From Candidatus Dojkabacteria bacterium (GTDB taxonomy: Bacteria > Patescibacteriota > Dojkabacteria > SC72): 64,000 nt of DNA. Location of the stretch: assembly GCA_012513575.1 (NCBI GenBank), contig JAAZBX010000002.1, positions 33,830-97,829 of the forward strand. Direction: 5' to 3'. Positions 30,832 through 41,173 of this stretch are shown here, one piece after another (the stretch's first letter is position 1; each line of letters begins with the position of its first letter). Both the position numbers and the translations under genes were made by a program. The notes below the pieces were generated by a model. That model saw nothing but the letters and a program-made list of their open reading frames with translations, had not been told where the DNA came from and searched no databases.

Positions 30832-32742
30832 TTATTCAACTACCTCTCCCTCCTTTGCTTCTTCGTCCTTTTTATCCTCTTTCTCCTGTTTATCATCTTT
30901 TTTCTCTTCGTTTGATGAAGAAGCCTCTTTTGCAGCTGCCTCATAAATCTTTTTTCCTATCTCCTGCATTTCTTTCTCTAACTCTTCTGTTTTGCTCTCA
31001 ACCTCCTCAACATCAAAATCATCTTTTGATATAAGATCTTTAATCGCTTGGGCTTTCTCTTTAAGACTCTTTTGCTCTTCCTCAGAAACCTTGTCCTTAT
31101 TCTCATCAATGAGTTTTTCTGCACTAAAAGCTACAGTATCAGCATTGTTTCTTTTCTCAGCTCTTTCCTTTTTCTTTTTGTCTTCTTCAGCATTCTTCTC
31201 AGCTTCTTCAACCATTTTATTTATTTCCTCCTCTTTCAATCCTGTAGATGCAGTGATTGTAATCTTTTGCTCTTTTTTGGTACCCAAGTCCAACGCTTTA
31301 ACATTTAATATACCATTTGCATCTATAGAGAAAGTAACTTCAATTTGAGGAACTCCTCTGGGTGCTGGTAAAATTCCTTCAAGAAGAAATCTTCCTAAAG
31401 TTTTATTGTCAGCAGCCATTTCTCTCTCCCCCTGTAGAACATGAATCTCTACACCTGGCTGATTATCTGCTGCCGTGGAGAAAATTTGTTTTTTCTCTAC
31501 TGGGATTGTTGTATTTCTTTCAATTAATTTTGTAAACACACCTCCCAAGGTCTCAAGACCAAGAGATAAAGGTGTTACATCTAATAGAGTAATATCTTTA
31601 ATATCTCCTCCAAGTACTCCTGCTTGGATTGCTGCACCTTGAGCAACAACTTCATCAGGATTTACTCCCTTATTAGGTTCTTTCTCAAAAATCTCTTTAA
31701 CTTTCTTAATAACGGCAGGCATTCTAGTCATTCCTCCAACCAAGAGGACTTCATCTATATCTTTCTTGTCTAAATGGGCATCTTTAAGAGCTTTCTCGCA
31801 TGGTTTTACTGTCTTCTCAATTAACTCAGCAGTCAATTTTTCCAATTGAGATCTTGTTAACTTCTCCTTAAGATGTTTTGGGCCTTTATCAGTTGCTGTT
31901 ATGTAAGGGATATTAATCTCAGTTTCCTCCGAAGTTGAAAGCTCAATTTTGGCCTTCTCTGCTGCTTCTCTCAATCTTTGAAGGCCAGTTCTATCATTTC
32001 TTAAATCCATACTCTCCTTCTTCTCAAACTCATCTGCAAGGTAATTAATAATTACTTGATCAAAGTCATCTCCACCAAGATGTGTATCTCCGTTAGTTGA
32101 AAGAACTTCAAAAACACCATCACCCATTTCCAAGATTGAAATGTCAAATGTTCCCCCACCCAAATCAAAGACTGCTATCTTTTGATCTTTCTTGTCATCT
32201 AGACCATACGCCAGAGCTGCTGCAGTAGGTTCATTGACAATTCTCTTAACCTCTAAACCTGCAATTTTACCGGCATCTTTCGTTGCTTGTCTTTGAGAGT
32301 CATCAAAATATGCTGGGACAGTAATTACAGCTTCTTTTATATCCTGACCTAAATACTCTTCTGCATCTTTCTTCATTTTGGCAAGAACCTTTGCAGAAAT
32401 TTCCTGTGGTGTATACCACTTATCTCCCATTTTAACTTCAACTCCACCATTCGAAGCTTTTCTCATTTCAAAGGGCAATGTTTTTACATCTCTCTTGACC
32501 TCAGGATCGTCCCAACTTCTTCCTATCAGTCTTTTAACAGAGTATATCGTTCCTTCTGGATTAATTACTGATTGATTTTTTGCTGGAGTCCCAACCAACA
32601 CCTCTCCCTTATCATCTTGGGCAACAACTGAAGGTGTAAGCCTACTCCCTTGGGCATTAGAAATTATGTTGGGCTTACCACCCTCCATAAATGCCATAAC
32701 TGAGTTTGTAGTTCCGAGGTCTATTCCGATAATTTTTGACAT
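30832..32742 (-). CDS. dnaK: Chaperone DnaK
   Basis: [35 protein letters not shown]. Confidence 0.99.
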   Translation of the reverse strand: MSKIIGIDLGTTNSVMAFMEGGKPNIISNAQGSRLTPSVVAQDDKGEVLVGTPAKNQSVINPEGTIYSVKRLIGRSWDDPEVKRDVKTLPFEMRKASNGGVEVKMGDKWYTPQEISAKVLAKMKKDAEEYLGQDIKEAVITVPAYFDDSQRQATKDAGKIAGLEVKRIVNEPTAAALAYGLDDKKDQKIAVFDLGGGTFDISILEMGDGVFEVLSTNGDTHLGGDDFDQVIINYLADEFEKKESMDLRNDRTGLQRLREAAEKAKIELSTSEETEINIPYITATDKGPKHLKEKLTRSQLEKLTAELIEKTVKPCEKALKDAHLDKKDIDEVLLVGGMTRMPAVIKKVKEIFEKEPNKGVNPDEVVAQGAAIQAGVLGGDIKDITLLDVTPLSLGLETLGGVFTKLIERNTTIPVEKKQIFSTAADNQPGVEIHVLQGEREMAADNKTLGRFLLEGILPAPRGVPQIEVTFSIDANGILNVKALDLGTKKEQKITITASTGLKEEEINKMVEEAEKNAEEDKKKKERAEKRNNADTVAFSAEKLIDENKDKVSEEEQKSLKEKAQAIKDLISKDDFDVEEVESKTEELEKEMQEIGKKIYEAAAKEASSSNEEKKDDKQEKEDKKDEEAKEGEVVE

Positions 32743-32769
32743 ATTTTTTATTTTTAAAAATTAATTCAA

Positions 32770-33291
32770 TTATTTAGACACAATCACTTTTGAAGTTCGA
32801 ATAACTATATCGTCAAGAGTATATCCAGGTTGTATTACCGAAGTAATTTCCCCTGGTTTACCATCTTGTGAAATAGCTAGTGCTTCATGTATAGATGTAT
32901 CAAACATATCTCCGATATTAGGGAGATATGTTTTTAAACCTATACCCTCGAATGATTTCTTCATTGACTCAAAAATGGCTAAAACGCCCTCAAACCATGA
33001 CTTTTCTTTATCATCTAATTTTAATGTCTTCTCACTTTCAATGCTCAATGCAATCGAATCTATAACTGGCATAAAATCTTCACACAATTTCTTTTTCAGA
33101 TTAAAAATACTTAATGCCTGCCTTTTCCCCATACTTGCAGTCAAGTTATGGTAATCCGCAAGAGCTTTTTTCAATTGATTTTCCACTACTAACTTCTCAT
33201 CTTCTACCTTGTCAATAGTAGCAACCAATTCAGCGATTTTCTTCTCATAATTTTGCACATTTGTATCATCAATATTTTTGCGCTTACTCAT
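32770..33291 (-). CDS. grpE: Nucleotide exchange factor GrpE
   Basis: Coiled coil, ALADYHN, FDTSIHEA, QPGYTL..VIR; between hrcA and dnaK; start MSKR at 33291 assumed. Confidence 0.92.
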   Translation of the reverse strand: MSKRKNIDDTNVQNYEKKIAELVATIDKVEDEKLVVENQLKKALADYHNLTASMGKRQALSIFNLKKKLCEDFMPVIDSIALSIESEKTLKLDDKEKSWFEGVLAIFESMKKSFEGIGLKTYLPNIGDMFDTSIHEALAISQDGKPGEITSVIQPGYTLDDIVIRTSKVIVSK

Positions 33292-33308
33292 AACAGTATT
33301 AATTGAAT

Positions 33309-34037
33309 TTATCTCCATCCAGACATAGATGTCTGCAATGCATTTCTGACTTCATTTAAAGCCGGAATTACAATAGAGTAATCCATTCTCTTGGAACCGA
33401 TTACTCCAACATATGAATGATTCTGATCCCAAAATGGAATTCGGATAAAAGCTATTGCACAATCAGTAAATTCTTTTACCCCAGATTCTCCACCAATCAA
33501 AAGTGACACTCCCGAATTTGTGAATTTGCTCACCATATTCCTAAGATAGTTTTCATCTTCGAGAATGTTAATTACTTTCTTTAGCTTCTCGATATTTTCT
33601 CCGAATTCGGAATATTTAAAAAGCTGAGAAACTCCGAAATACCTAATTTGGTTGTCAAGAATAAGAAATACCAAGCTTTCAGTTTCTTTTGACAAGATAT
33701 CTAATATGGATTTAATAACAACATCTTTATCAAACCTATCCCTATAAATACCCTGTCTGATTTCTACGCTCACCATTGGGTTCAACTCTCTCCTCCCAAG
33801 GAAATTTGTTACATACAGTCTTAGAGCTTGGTCAGTAGGAAGCCTTCCGGAAGATATATGACTTTTTTCTAATAAGCCCAACCCCATGAGCTTTACCATT
33901 TCATTTCTGATTGTTGCAGAGCTTACACCGAGATCATATTTTTCAACGAGCGACAACGAACCCACCTCTTCTGCTTCTTCCATAAATTCACGTATTACAG
34001 CACGTAGTATTTCTTTTTGTCTTTCTGTTAATTCCAC
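33309..34037 (-). CDS. hrcA: Heat-inducible transcription repressor HrcA (short form)
   Basis: LTERQKEIL, VSSATIRNEM, HISSGRLPT, GVIGSKRMDY. Confidence 0.93.
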   Translation of the reverse strand: MELTERQKEILRAVIREFMEEAEEVGSLSLVEKYDLGVSSATIRNEMVKLMGLGLLEKSHISSGRLPTDQALRLYVTNFLGRRELNPMVSVEIRQGIYRDRFDKDVVIKSILDILSKETESLVFLILDNQIRYFGVSQLFKYSEFGENIEKLKKVINILEDENYLRNMVSKFTNSGVSLLIGGESGVKEFTDCAIAFIRIPFWDQNHSYVGVIGSKRMDYSIVIPALNEVRNALQTSMSGWR

Positions 34038-34038
34038 C

Positions 34039-34065
34039 TTAGCAGATAGTTAGTTTATTTGCTAA
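34039..34065 (-). promoter_or_regulatory. CIRCE-like HrcA operator of hrcA-grpE-dnaK
   Basis: Plus strand TTAGCAGAT-N9-ATTTGCTAA, 1 bp from the GTG start. Confidence 0.88.
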
Positions 34066-34093
34066 GTATATTATGAGCAGACTTGACTGTCAA
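34065..34093 (-). promoter_or_regulatory. sigma70 promoter of the hrcA operon
   Basis: TTGACA (34093-34088), 17 bp spacer, TATACT (34070-34065). Confidence 0.85.
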
Positions 34094-34167
34094 GTGCTTA
34101 TCCATTTGCAGTATATATCATCATTTTAATCACTATTATTAACAATTTAGTGATATACTTTTCTACG

Positions 34168-34671
34168 ATGGAAAATGAAATTGAAACAAAAGGTGAGAAT
34201 TTAGACTCTACAATAGAGGAAATAAACCAGCAAATAACCAACCAAGTACTGGCTGAATATCCTAAGTATTTTGAAGAATATCTTCTTGATGATGGTAGCA
34301 ATATTGCCCTCCTACAAAACAATAGAAGAATACCCGAGGAAGATAAGGAAATATTGCCTCCTTACCAATTTATTGCATTGTCAAAATATGGTCTTACAGA
34401 ATTTAACTGTTCCTACTCACCTCTTGAATGGGAAAGAACCAAAAAAGCTATTATGCTCCTTATTGAGTTAAGTTGTGGAGAAGAGATTAAGGATATGGTT
34501 GTATCACATTGGCACGCATTTCACAGAATAAGGAAAACCAAGGGCCTAATTAAATTAAAAAAGAATATTAAATCAGTATTAATTACTGGTGTAAATATGC
34601 TATTCGAGGTTAAAGATTTTTACTACAATACACTTCTATCAACAAACCTAGGAAAGCTTGATGAAAGTTAA
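34168..34671 (+). CDS. Hypothetical soluble protein
   Basis: ORF fills the hrcA-rplY gap; TGaTATACT 8 nt before ATG at 34168; no recognised motif. Confidence 0.6.
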   Translation: MENEIETKGENLDSTIEEINQQITNQVLAEYPKYFEEYLLDDGSNIALLQNNRRIPEEDKEILPPYQFIALSKYGLTEFNCSYSPLEWERTKKAIMLLIELSCGEEIKDMVVSHWHAFHRIRKTKGLIKLKKNIKSVLITGVNMLFEVKDFYYNTLLSTNLGKLDES

Positions 34672-34695
34672 TTTATCTGATATACTCCTCACATT

Positions 34696-35346
34696 ATGGA
34701 AAAAGTCAAATTTCTCGAAAGAGATTTAAATGGAAAGAAAAATAAAATTTTGCTCAAAGATGGGTTCGTACCAGCAGTAGTTTATAATGCCAAGACTGAA
34801 TCTAAAAATATTATGTTAGACACATCAACGGCAAAACAGATACTTAAGAACGCTACATCTACAACAATTCTTGACACCGAACTTGATGGAAAAAGTTTTA
34901 AGGTTGTAGTTAAAGAAATTGATATTAATCCAATTACCGAAGAATTAAGACACATCTCATTCTTTGAAATTGATGAGAGCAAAGATATGGTGTTTTCAAT
35001 TCCATTTGAAATCATTGGCATATCTCCAGCTGTTAAGAATAATCTTGGTGTCCTTGTTGAGGTTATGGACTCCATTGAGGTAAGATGTAAAGTTAATGAT
35101 CTTATCCCTTCTATTAAAGTTGATATTTCTGGATTAGAACATCCTGGGCAATCGATATCTATCGACGAATTAGAGATTCCAAAAGATATTTCTTTGATTA
35201 ATGAAGAACTAAAAAATGCGACAGTTGTTACTATTACAGAAATGCAGGAGGAAATTGTTTCAACTCCGACAGAAAGTGAGACAACAACTGCAGAAGCTTC
35301 AACCGAAACAGAGGGTTCAACAGAGACTCAAGCAGCTTCTGAATAG
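34696..35346 (+). CDS. rplY: 50S ribosomal protein L25/Ctc form
   Basis: GFVPAVVY, INPIT..RHISF, GISPAVK..GVL, IPSIKVDISGL, acidic tail. Confidence 0.92.
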   Translation: MEKVKFLERDLNGKKNKILLKDGFVPAVVYNAKTESKNIMLDTSTAKQILKNATSTTILDTELDGKSFKVVVKEIDINPITEELRHISFFEIDESKDMVFSIPFEIIGISPAVKNNLGVLVEVMDSIEVRCKVNDLIPSIKVDISGLEHPGQSISIDELEIPKDISLINEELKNATVVTITEMQEEIVSTPTESETTTAEASTETEGSTETQAASE

Positions 35347-35363
35347 ATTTATTAAATAAATAA

Positions 35364-36302
35364 ATGATTAGTGTAATCATCGCTTCATTTAAAGAACCTA
35401 AAACCATTGGAAGATGTATTTCATGTATTGCAAATAAAAAATATTCTAGTATTCCTAATGATTTTGAAATTATCCAAGTCTCTCCAGATTCTGCGACATT
35501 AAATGCTGGAAGAAAGGAAGCAAATAAGTATAAGCTTGGGAAAAGATATATTCAAATTAAGGATCCGAGGAAGGGAAAACCATATGCTCTAAGAATGGCT
35601 TTTAAAAAAGCTAAAGGAGATATTTTGATATTAACCGATGGCGATACCTATTTTGATAGAAACAGTGTTTCTAAATTACTTGAGCCATTTGAAAACAAGA
35701 AAGTTGGAGGTGTTAGTGGGAGACCAGTTTCAGGTGATAATAGAAATAATATCTTCGGGTACTGGGGACATCTCCTTTCAGACTCTGCACACGATAGAAG
35801 AACAAAGACTATGAAATTGGTTAGTGGCAAGGATTACTACATTAGCAAAGAGAATTTTTTCCCAATGAGTGGATATATTATGGCTGTGAAGAATTTGGAC
35901 ATAAAGTTACCAAGTAACGCTCTCTCAGATGATGCATATATGTCCTACTATGTAAGGAATTTAGGAATGGAAATAGCATACGCACCGAAAGCTGTGTGTT
36001 TTGTGAAGTATCCAAGAAGTTTGAAGGACTATATGAAGCAGAAAGTAAGGTCACTCGGAGGTTTTACCCAGTTAAAACAAATGGGTATTTTCAAAAAGGA
36101 TAAGCAATCAAGAAGTTTTGGTATTGAATTAAGATATGCTGGATTTGTATTTAAATATGCGAAGAATTTTAGAGAATTCTTCTGGTCTCTTCTTCTCTTC
36201 CCCGTTAGACTTTTAACATGGATAAAGATCTTTTGGGAGAGGACTATTCTTAGAAAAGATATGCCCAAAAGTGGGTGGGAGAGGATAGAAAGTACAAAAT
36301 AA
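35364..36302 (+). CDS. Glycosyltransferase family 2
   Basis: ISVIIA, GKPYAL, TDGD, SDD, QKVRS (QxxRW-like). Confidence 0.88.
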   Translation: MISVIIASFKEPKTIGRCISCIANKKYSSIPNDFEIIQVSPDSATLNAGRKEANKYKLGKRYIQIKDPRKGKPYALRMAFKKAKGDILILTDGDTYFDRNSVSKLLEPFENKKVGGVSGRPVSGDNRNNIFGYWGHLLSDSAHDRRTKTMKLVSGKDYYISKENFFPMSGYIMAVKNLDIKLPSNALSDDAYMSYYVRNLGMEIAYAPKAVCFVKYPRSLKDYMKQKVRSLGGFTQLKQMGIFKKDKQSRSFGIELRYAGFVFKYAKNFREFFWSLLLFPVRLLTWIKIFWERTILRKDMPKSGWERIESTK

Positions 36303-36326
36303 AAAAGAGAGGGTATTACCCCTCTC
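36299..36326 (-). terminator. Intrinsic terminator after rpsG
   Basis: GAGAGGG-GTAATA-CCCTCTC followed by TTTTTT on the minus strand. Confidence 0.85.
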
Positions 36327-36353
36327 CCCTTAATTACCTATTCGTTATTAAGA

Positions 36354-36824
36354 CTACCACCTAAAATGTGCAAATGCTTTATTTGCTTCGGCCATCTTTT
36401 CTGTATCCTCCTTCTTTCTAACTGCATCACCTTCACCTTTGTAAGCATCTACTAACTGATCACATAGAATTTCATCAAAAGATTTTCCACTCTTTTTTCT
36501 TGAAGCTTCTACAACCCATCTTACTGCCAATGTTTCCTGTCTTCTTGGTGAAACAGGCATAGGAACCTGATAGTTTGCTCCACCAACCCTTCTTGCCTTT
36601 ATTTCCAAAGCTGGCCTAACATTGTCAATTGCTTTGTTTACAAAGGAAACAACATCTTCTTCTTTTGCAATCTTTGATCCCTTTTCAATTGCGGCATATA
36701 CCAAATCTTCTGCAAGACTCTTCTTCCCATCTTGCATTACTTTTGAAATAAATCTTGCAATAATTGGATTTGAATATTTTCTATCTAATTTTAAACTTCT
36801 TCTTTTAGCTCTTTTACCTCTCAT
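36354..36824 (-). CDS. rpsG: 30S ribosomal protein S7
   Basis: GKKSLA, RRVGGANYQVP, MAEANKAFAHFRW. Confidence 0.99.
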   Translation of the reverse strand: MRGKRAKRRSLKLDRKYSNPIIARFISKVMQDGKKSLAEDLVYAAIEKGSKIAKEEDVVSFVNKAIDNVRPALEIKARRVGGANYQVPMPVSPRRQETLAVRWVVEASRKKSGKSFDEILCDQLVDAYKGEGDAVRKKEDTEKMAEANKAFAHFRW

Positions 36825-36846
36825 ATAAATATCTTTTAATTAAAAA

Positions 36847-37266
36847 CTATTTCTCAGCGTCCTCTCTTTTAACGCCATATTTTGATCTTGCTTTTTTCCT
36901 GCCTTTTACTCCTGCGGTATCATACTTTCCTCTTACAATAATATATTTAACACCTGGCAAGTCTCTTTTTCTCCCTGCCTTCAAAAGAACAACTGAGTGC
37001 TCTTGAAGATTATGACCTTCACCAGGAATATACGCAGTAACCTCCATACCATTAGACATCCTTACTCTAGCGACTTTTCTAAGTGCAGAGTTTGGTTTCT
37101 TTGGTGTCATTGTTTTTACTTGCAAACACACACCCCTCTTAAATGGGTTTGGTGTTTTCTTATATCTATTCTTCAAAGGATTAAAGTCTCTAGCAAGTTG
37201 AATATGCTTTGCTTTCTTCTTTGCAGATTTTCTAGGTTTTCTAACTAATTGGTTTATTGTTGGCAT
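36847..37266 (-). CDS. rpsL: 30S ribosomal protein S12
   Basis: [39 protein letters not shown]. Confidence 0.99.
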   Translation of the reverse strand: MPTINQLVRKPRKSAKKKAKHIQLARDFNPLKNRYKKTPNPFKRGVCLQVKTMTPKKPNSALRKVARVRMSNGMEVTAYIPGEGHNLQEHSVVLLKAGRKRDLPGVKYIIVRGKYDTAGVKGRKKARSKYGVKREDAEK

Positions 37267-37291
37267 GGTGTGTATTATATAACAAAATCAA

Positions 37292-40200
37292 TTAAACTTG
37301 AAGCTCTTCCAGCTCATTCATATTTTTGATCTCAGCTCCTTCTCCGACAGGGATAGGCTTACCGATAATGACATTTTCTTTCATACCTCTAAGGTAATCG
37401 GTCTTGCCAATAATTGCGGCATTTGTGAGAACTCTCACCTGCTCTTGGAATGAGATTGCTGAAAGGAAGCTTTCGGTATTTAGTGAAGAGGTTTTAATTC
37501 CATAAAGCTTTGGAATAACCAAGGCCTTGTTTTTACCATCTTTAACTAGAAGCTCATTTTTCAATGCAGCCATAAACCTATTTACTGATGAGCCCACTAA
37601 ATATTCGGAATCTCCAGAATCTAAGACTCTTCCAAGCCTTACCATCTGTCTCAATATTATCTCAATATGAATATCATCAATTGGAACTCCCTGTGCATTA
37701 AATACCTTTTGAACTTCATCCAAAATATATTTCTGAGAGGTAAGGATATCTGCGACATCAGCCAATTTCTTTGGATCCAAAGAGCCCTCAGTTAATTGTG
37801 TTCCGGCTTTGACCTCTGCCCCATCTTCAACCAAGATTTCAATTCCAGGTAATACATAAATGGTTTCCTCTGCTTTCATTCTTCCATTGATTGTAAGGAT
37901 TCCCCCCTCAAGAAAAATTGTTCCATCAAACGGAGCCTGCCTCTCTACCTGGTCAGAATCGATAAACATTGCCTGACCTGCTTTGACCTCTTGTTCGTCC
38001 TCAACAAGTAATTTCTTAGCTTTGGACACAATATAGTGCCTCTCCATCTTCTTTTCTCCAGAAAGAATAATTGTTGAAGAATCATCTTCGGCAACCTCAA
38101 TATGAATCTTTCCATCGATTGAAGCCATTTCTGCTTCTGCCTTTGGAGTTCTTGCTTCAAACAATTCCTCAATTCTTGGTAAACCTTGAGTGATATCAAT
38201 CTTTTGGACTCCTCCCTTATGGAATGTCTGCATAGTCATCTGAGTTCCAGGCTCACCGATTGATTGAGCAGCTATTACGCCGACTGCTCTCCCCATGTCT
38301 ATTTCTCTATTGTTCTCAAGATTGTAGCCATAACACTTCTTACACATTCCTAGTGGTGACTTACATAACAAAGGAGTTCTTACAAATACCTCGTCTATTC
38401 CAGCCTCCTCTACTTTTTCGGCAATTTCCTGAGTAATTATTTCATTCCTCTTTGCAATAGTGTTCTTCCCAATGACTAAGTCCTTTGCCAATACTCTTCC
38501 GAAAATTCTATCTTTGAAATCAATTCTTCTGTCATCAGATTTCCTAATAGAAAGGCCCTCCCCATCATAGCCACAATCATCATGTCGAATAATGACATCA
38601 TGAGCAACATCGACAAGCTTCCTTGTCAAATAGCCAGATGAAGATGTCTTTAGAGATCTATCTGCAATACCTTTTCTTCCTCCATTTGCCGCAACAAAAT
38701 ATTCAAAAGCACTTAAACCATCTCTATAGTTACTTTTAATTGGCATCGCAACAAGATTTCCTCTTGAGTCTCTAACAACACCCTTAATTGTGAGAACCTG
38801 CCTTGCCTGAATTTTTCCTCCATTACCACCAGATTCAACCATTTGATAAATCGAATTTTCCTTTGGTAACTTGCTCCAAGCCATCTCCGCCAATTCATCA
38901 GCAAAGTCATCCCACATATTTGTAGAGATATTTACTTTCTCTTTTTTAGTAATCAAGCCCTGGAGATAGTTGTCAAGCAATTGCTCATCCTTTTCTTCAA
39001 TCTTTTTTATCTCTGACTTAATATCAAAGTCAACTTGGCAATCTTCCATTGCAAATGAGAAGGCTAAATCTGTTGCGAACTTAAATCCTAACGCTTTCAT
39101 ATTATCAAGAAGCTCAACCACAACTGACAAATCAGAAGAGCTCTTTATCTTGTCAATTATTTTCTTAATTCCCCTATTATCAATTCTTTCATTGATAAAT
39201 GGGTAATCTTCAGGAAGAATACTGTTAAAAATTACCCTTCCTACAGATGTTTTAATTGCTTCCCCTTTAATTCCAACAAGAATTTCTTCATTTATTGATA
39301 TGTCATCTCTCTCATATGCTTTAATTGCCAAATCACTTGTAGCAAATATTCTTGGATTTTTGGATTCAACTAAATCAGTCATCATATAGAAGCCAATCAA
39401 CATATCCTTCGCTGGAGACGCTAATACCTGTCCATTTGAGATATTTACGATATTTTGTGAAGACATCATTTCTTTTTTTGCTTCCTCTATTGCTTCGTCT
39501 GTAAGAAGAATATGAACTGCCATTTGGTCTCCATCAAAGTCTGCATTGAAGGCTTTACATACCAAAGGATGGATTCTAATTGCTTCTCCCTCAACTAATC
39601 TTGGATAAAAAGCTTGTACACTATACTTATGAAGAGTTGGTGCCCTATTTAACAATACAGGCTTATTTTTTATCACCTCTTCTAGTAAGTCCCAAATGAT
39701 ATCTGTCTCTTCCTCGAGCATATCTTTAGCAACCCTTACATTTGGGGCTAATTCTTTATCAAGTAACTTGTATATTACAAATGGTTTAAACATTTCCAAA
39801 GCAACTGACTTTGGAATACCACATTGATCAAATTTAAGACTTGGATCTCCATCAATAACAGCTCTTCCTGAGTAGTCTACTCTTTTTCCAAGTAAGTTCT
39901 TTCTAAATATACCTTTCTTTCCTCTCAAATCATCTGTCAATGATTGATAAGGCAATCTCTTACTATTCATCATTGGTTTTGACGGTCTATGAGAGTTATC
40001 AATCAATGCGTCAACTGATTCCTGAAGCATCCTTTTTTCGTTTCTTAATATAACATCAGGTGCTCCAATCTCAATCAACTTCTTCAATCTATTGTTTCTA
40101 TTTATAATTCTCCTGTATAGGTCGTTAAGGTCAGAAGTTGCGAATTTACCACCTGATAGAGGAATAATAGGTCTTAATTCTGGGGGTAATACTGGAAGTG

Positions 40201-41173
40201 TCCTAATTACCATCCACTCAGGCTTAATACCGTTTTTGATAAAACCTTCAAGATACTGAATCCTTCTAATTGTTGCTAATTTCTTTTCTCCCTTCTCCTT
40301 CTCAATTCTAATTCTCAATTTCTCTAATTCACCTTCGAGATCTAGATTTTGTAATAATTTTTCAATTGCTTCTGCACCCATCATCGCTTCAAAGAAAACC
40401 AAATCTCTCTCAACTAAATCTGAATATTCATCCTCGGTGATAACTGCACCAACGGCAATTTTTTCAATCGTTTGGTAGAGCTTTGAATAGAAAGATTCTA
40501 TCTGCTCTTCTTTCTCTGCATAATCCCTTCTTACCTTTGCCAACGCTTGTTTTCTCTTATGCTCTCCTTGGCTTATCTTCAATTCGATTCCCTTACCTTT
40601 GGCTTTTTTTAACTCTTCAATTTCAACACCAAAAGTTTCAGTAGTTGCATTTAAATCTTCCTCCAAATCTTTGTGCAATTTCTCAATTTCATCACTCTTA
40701 AGGGCGAGAGCTTTATCCATCATCTCACTTCTTTTTTCTTCATCGGCGGAGATAATTACATATCTAGTGTAATATACTACCGAGAGTATTTTTTTATGTG
40801 AGATATCAAGAATTATCGACATCTTGTTTGGGATTCCAAATGCGAACCAAACATGTGCAACTGGAATTGCCAAATCAATATGACCCATTCTTTCTCTTCT
40901 TACATCTGATGTTGTTACTTCAACACCACACTTATCACAAACTATTCCCTTATATCTAATCTTCTTGTATTTTCCACAGTAGCATTCATAGTTTTTTGTT
41001 GGTCCAAAAATCTTTTCACAGAAAAGACCCTCTGGCTCCGCTCTGAAAGTTCGGTAATTGATTGTTTCCGCCTTTGTAACTTCACCATATGACCAATTTA
41101 AAACTTGGTCTGGAGATGCCAATGTTACCTTTAAGACATCAAAGCTATCAAATTTATTTTTATTTTTCTTCAT
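37292..41173 (-). CDS. rpoC: RNA polymerase beta' subunit
   Basis: GLFCEKIFGP, zinc finger, NADFDGD, AQSIGEPGTQ; start ATG at 41173 assumed. Confidence 0.99.
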   Translation of the reverse strand: MKKNKNKFDSFDVLKVTLASPDQVLNWSYGEVTKAETINYRTFRAEPEGLFCEKIFGPTKNYECYCGKYKKIRYKGIVCDKCGVEVTTSDVRRERMGHIDLAIPVAHVWFAFGIPNKMSIILDISHKKILSVVYYTRYVIISADEEKRSEMMDKALALKSDEIEKLHKDLEEDLNATTETFGVEIEELKKAKGKGIELKISQGEHKRKQALAKVRRDYAEKEEQIESFYSKLYQTIEKIAVGAVITEDEYSDLVERDLVFFEAMMGAEAIEKLLQNLDLEGELEKLRIRIEKEKGEKKLATIRRIQYLEGFIKNGIKPEWMVIRTLPVLPPELRPIIPLSGGKFATSDLNDLYRRIINRNNRLKKLIEIGAPDVILRNEKRMLQESVDALIDNSHRPSKPMMNSKRLPYQSLTDDLRGKKGIFRKNLLGKRVDYSGRAVIDGDPSLKFDQCGIPKSVALEMFKPFVIYKLLDKELAPNVRVAKDMLEEETDIIWDLLEEVIKNKPVLLNRAPTLHKYSVQAFYPRLVEGEAIRIHPLVCKAFNADFDGDQMAVHILLTDEAIEEAKKEMMSSQNIVNISNGQVLASPAKDMLIGFYMMTDLVESKNPRIFATSDLAIKAYERDDISINEEILVGIKGEAIKTSVGRVIFNSILPEDYPFINERIDNRGIKKIIDKIKSSSDLSVVVELLDNMKALGFKFATDLAFSFAMEDCQVDFDIKSEIKKIEEKDEQLLDNYLQGLITKKEKVNISTNMWDDFADELAEMAWSKLPKENSIYQMVESGGNGGKIQARQVLTIKGVVRDSRGNLVAMPIKSNYRDGLSAFEYFVAANGGRKGIADRSLKTSSSGYLTRKLVDVAHDVIIRHDDCGYDGEGLSIRKSDDRRIDFKDRIFGRVLAKDLVIGKNTIAKRNEIITQEIAEKVEEAGIDEVFVRTPLLCKSPLGMCKKCYGYNLENNREIDMGRAVGVIAAQSIGEPGTQMTMQTFHKGGVQKIDITQGLPRIEELFEARTPKAEAEMASIDGKIHIEVAEDDSSTIILSGEKKMERHYIVSKAKKLLVEDEQEVKAGQAMFIDSDQVERQAPFDGTIFLEGGILTINGRMKAEETIYVLPGIEILVEDGAEVKAGTQLTEGSLDPKKLADVADILTSQKYILDEVQKVFNAQGVPIDDIHIEIILRQMVRLGRVLDSGDSEYLVGSSVNRFMAALKNELLVKDGKNKALVIPKLYGIKTSSLNTESFLSAISFQEQVRVLTNAAIIGKTDYLRGMKENVIIGKPIPVGEGAEIKNMNELEELQV

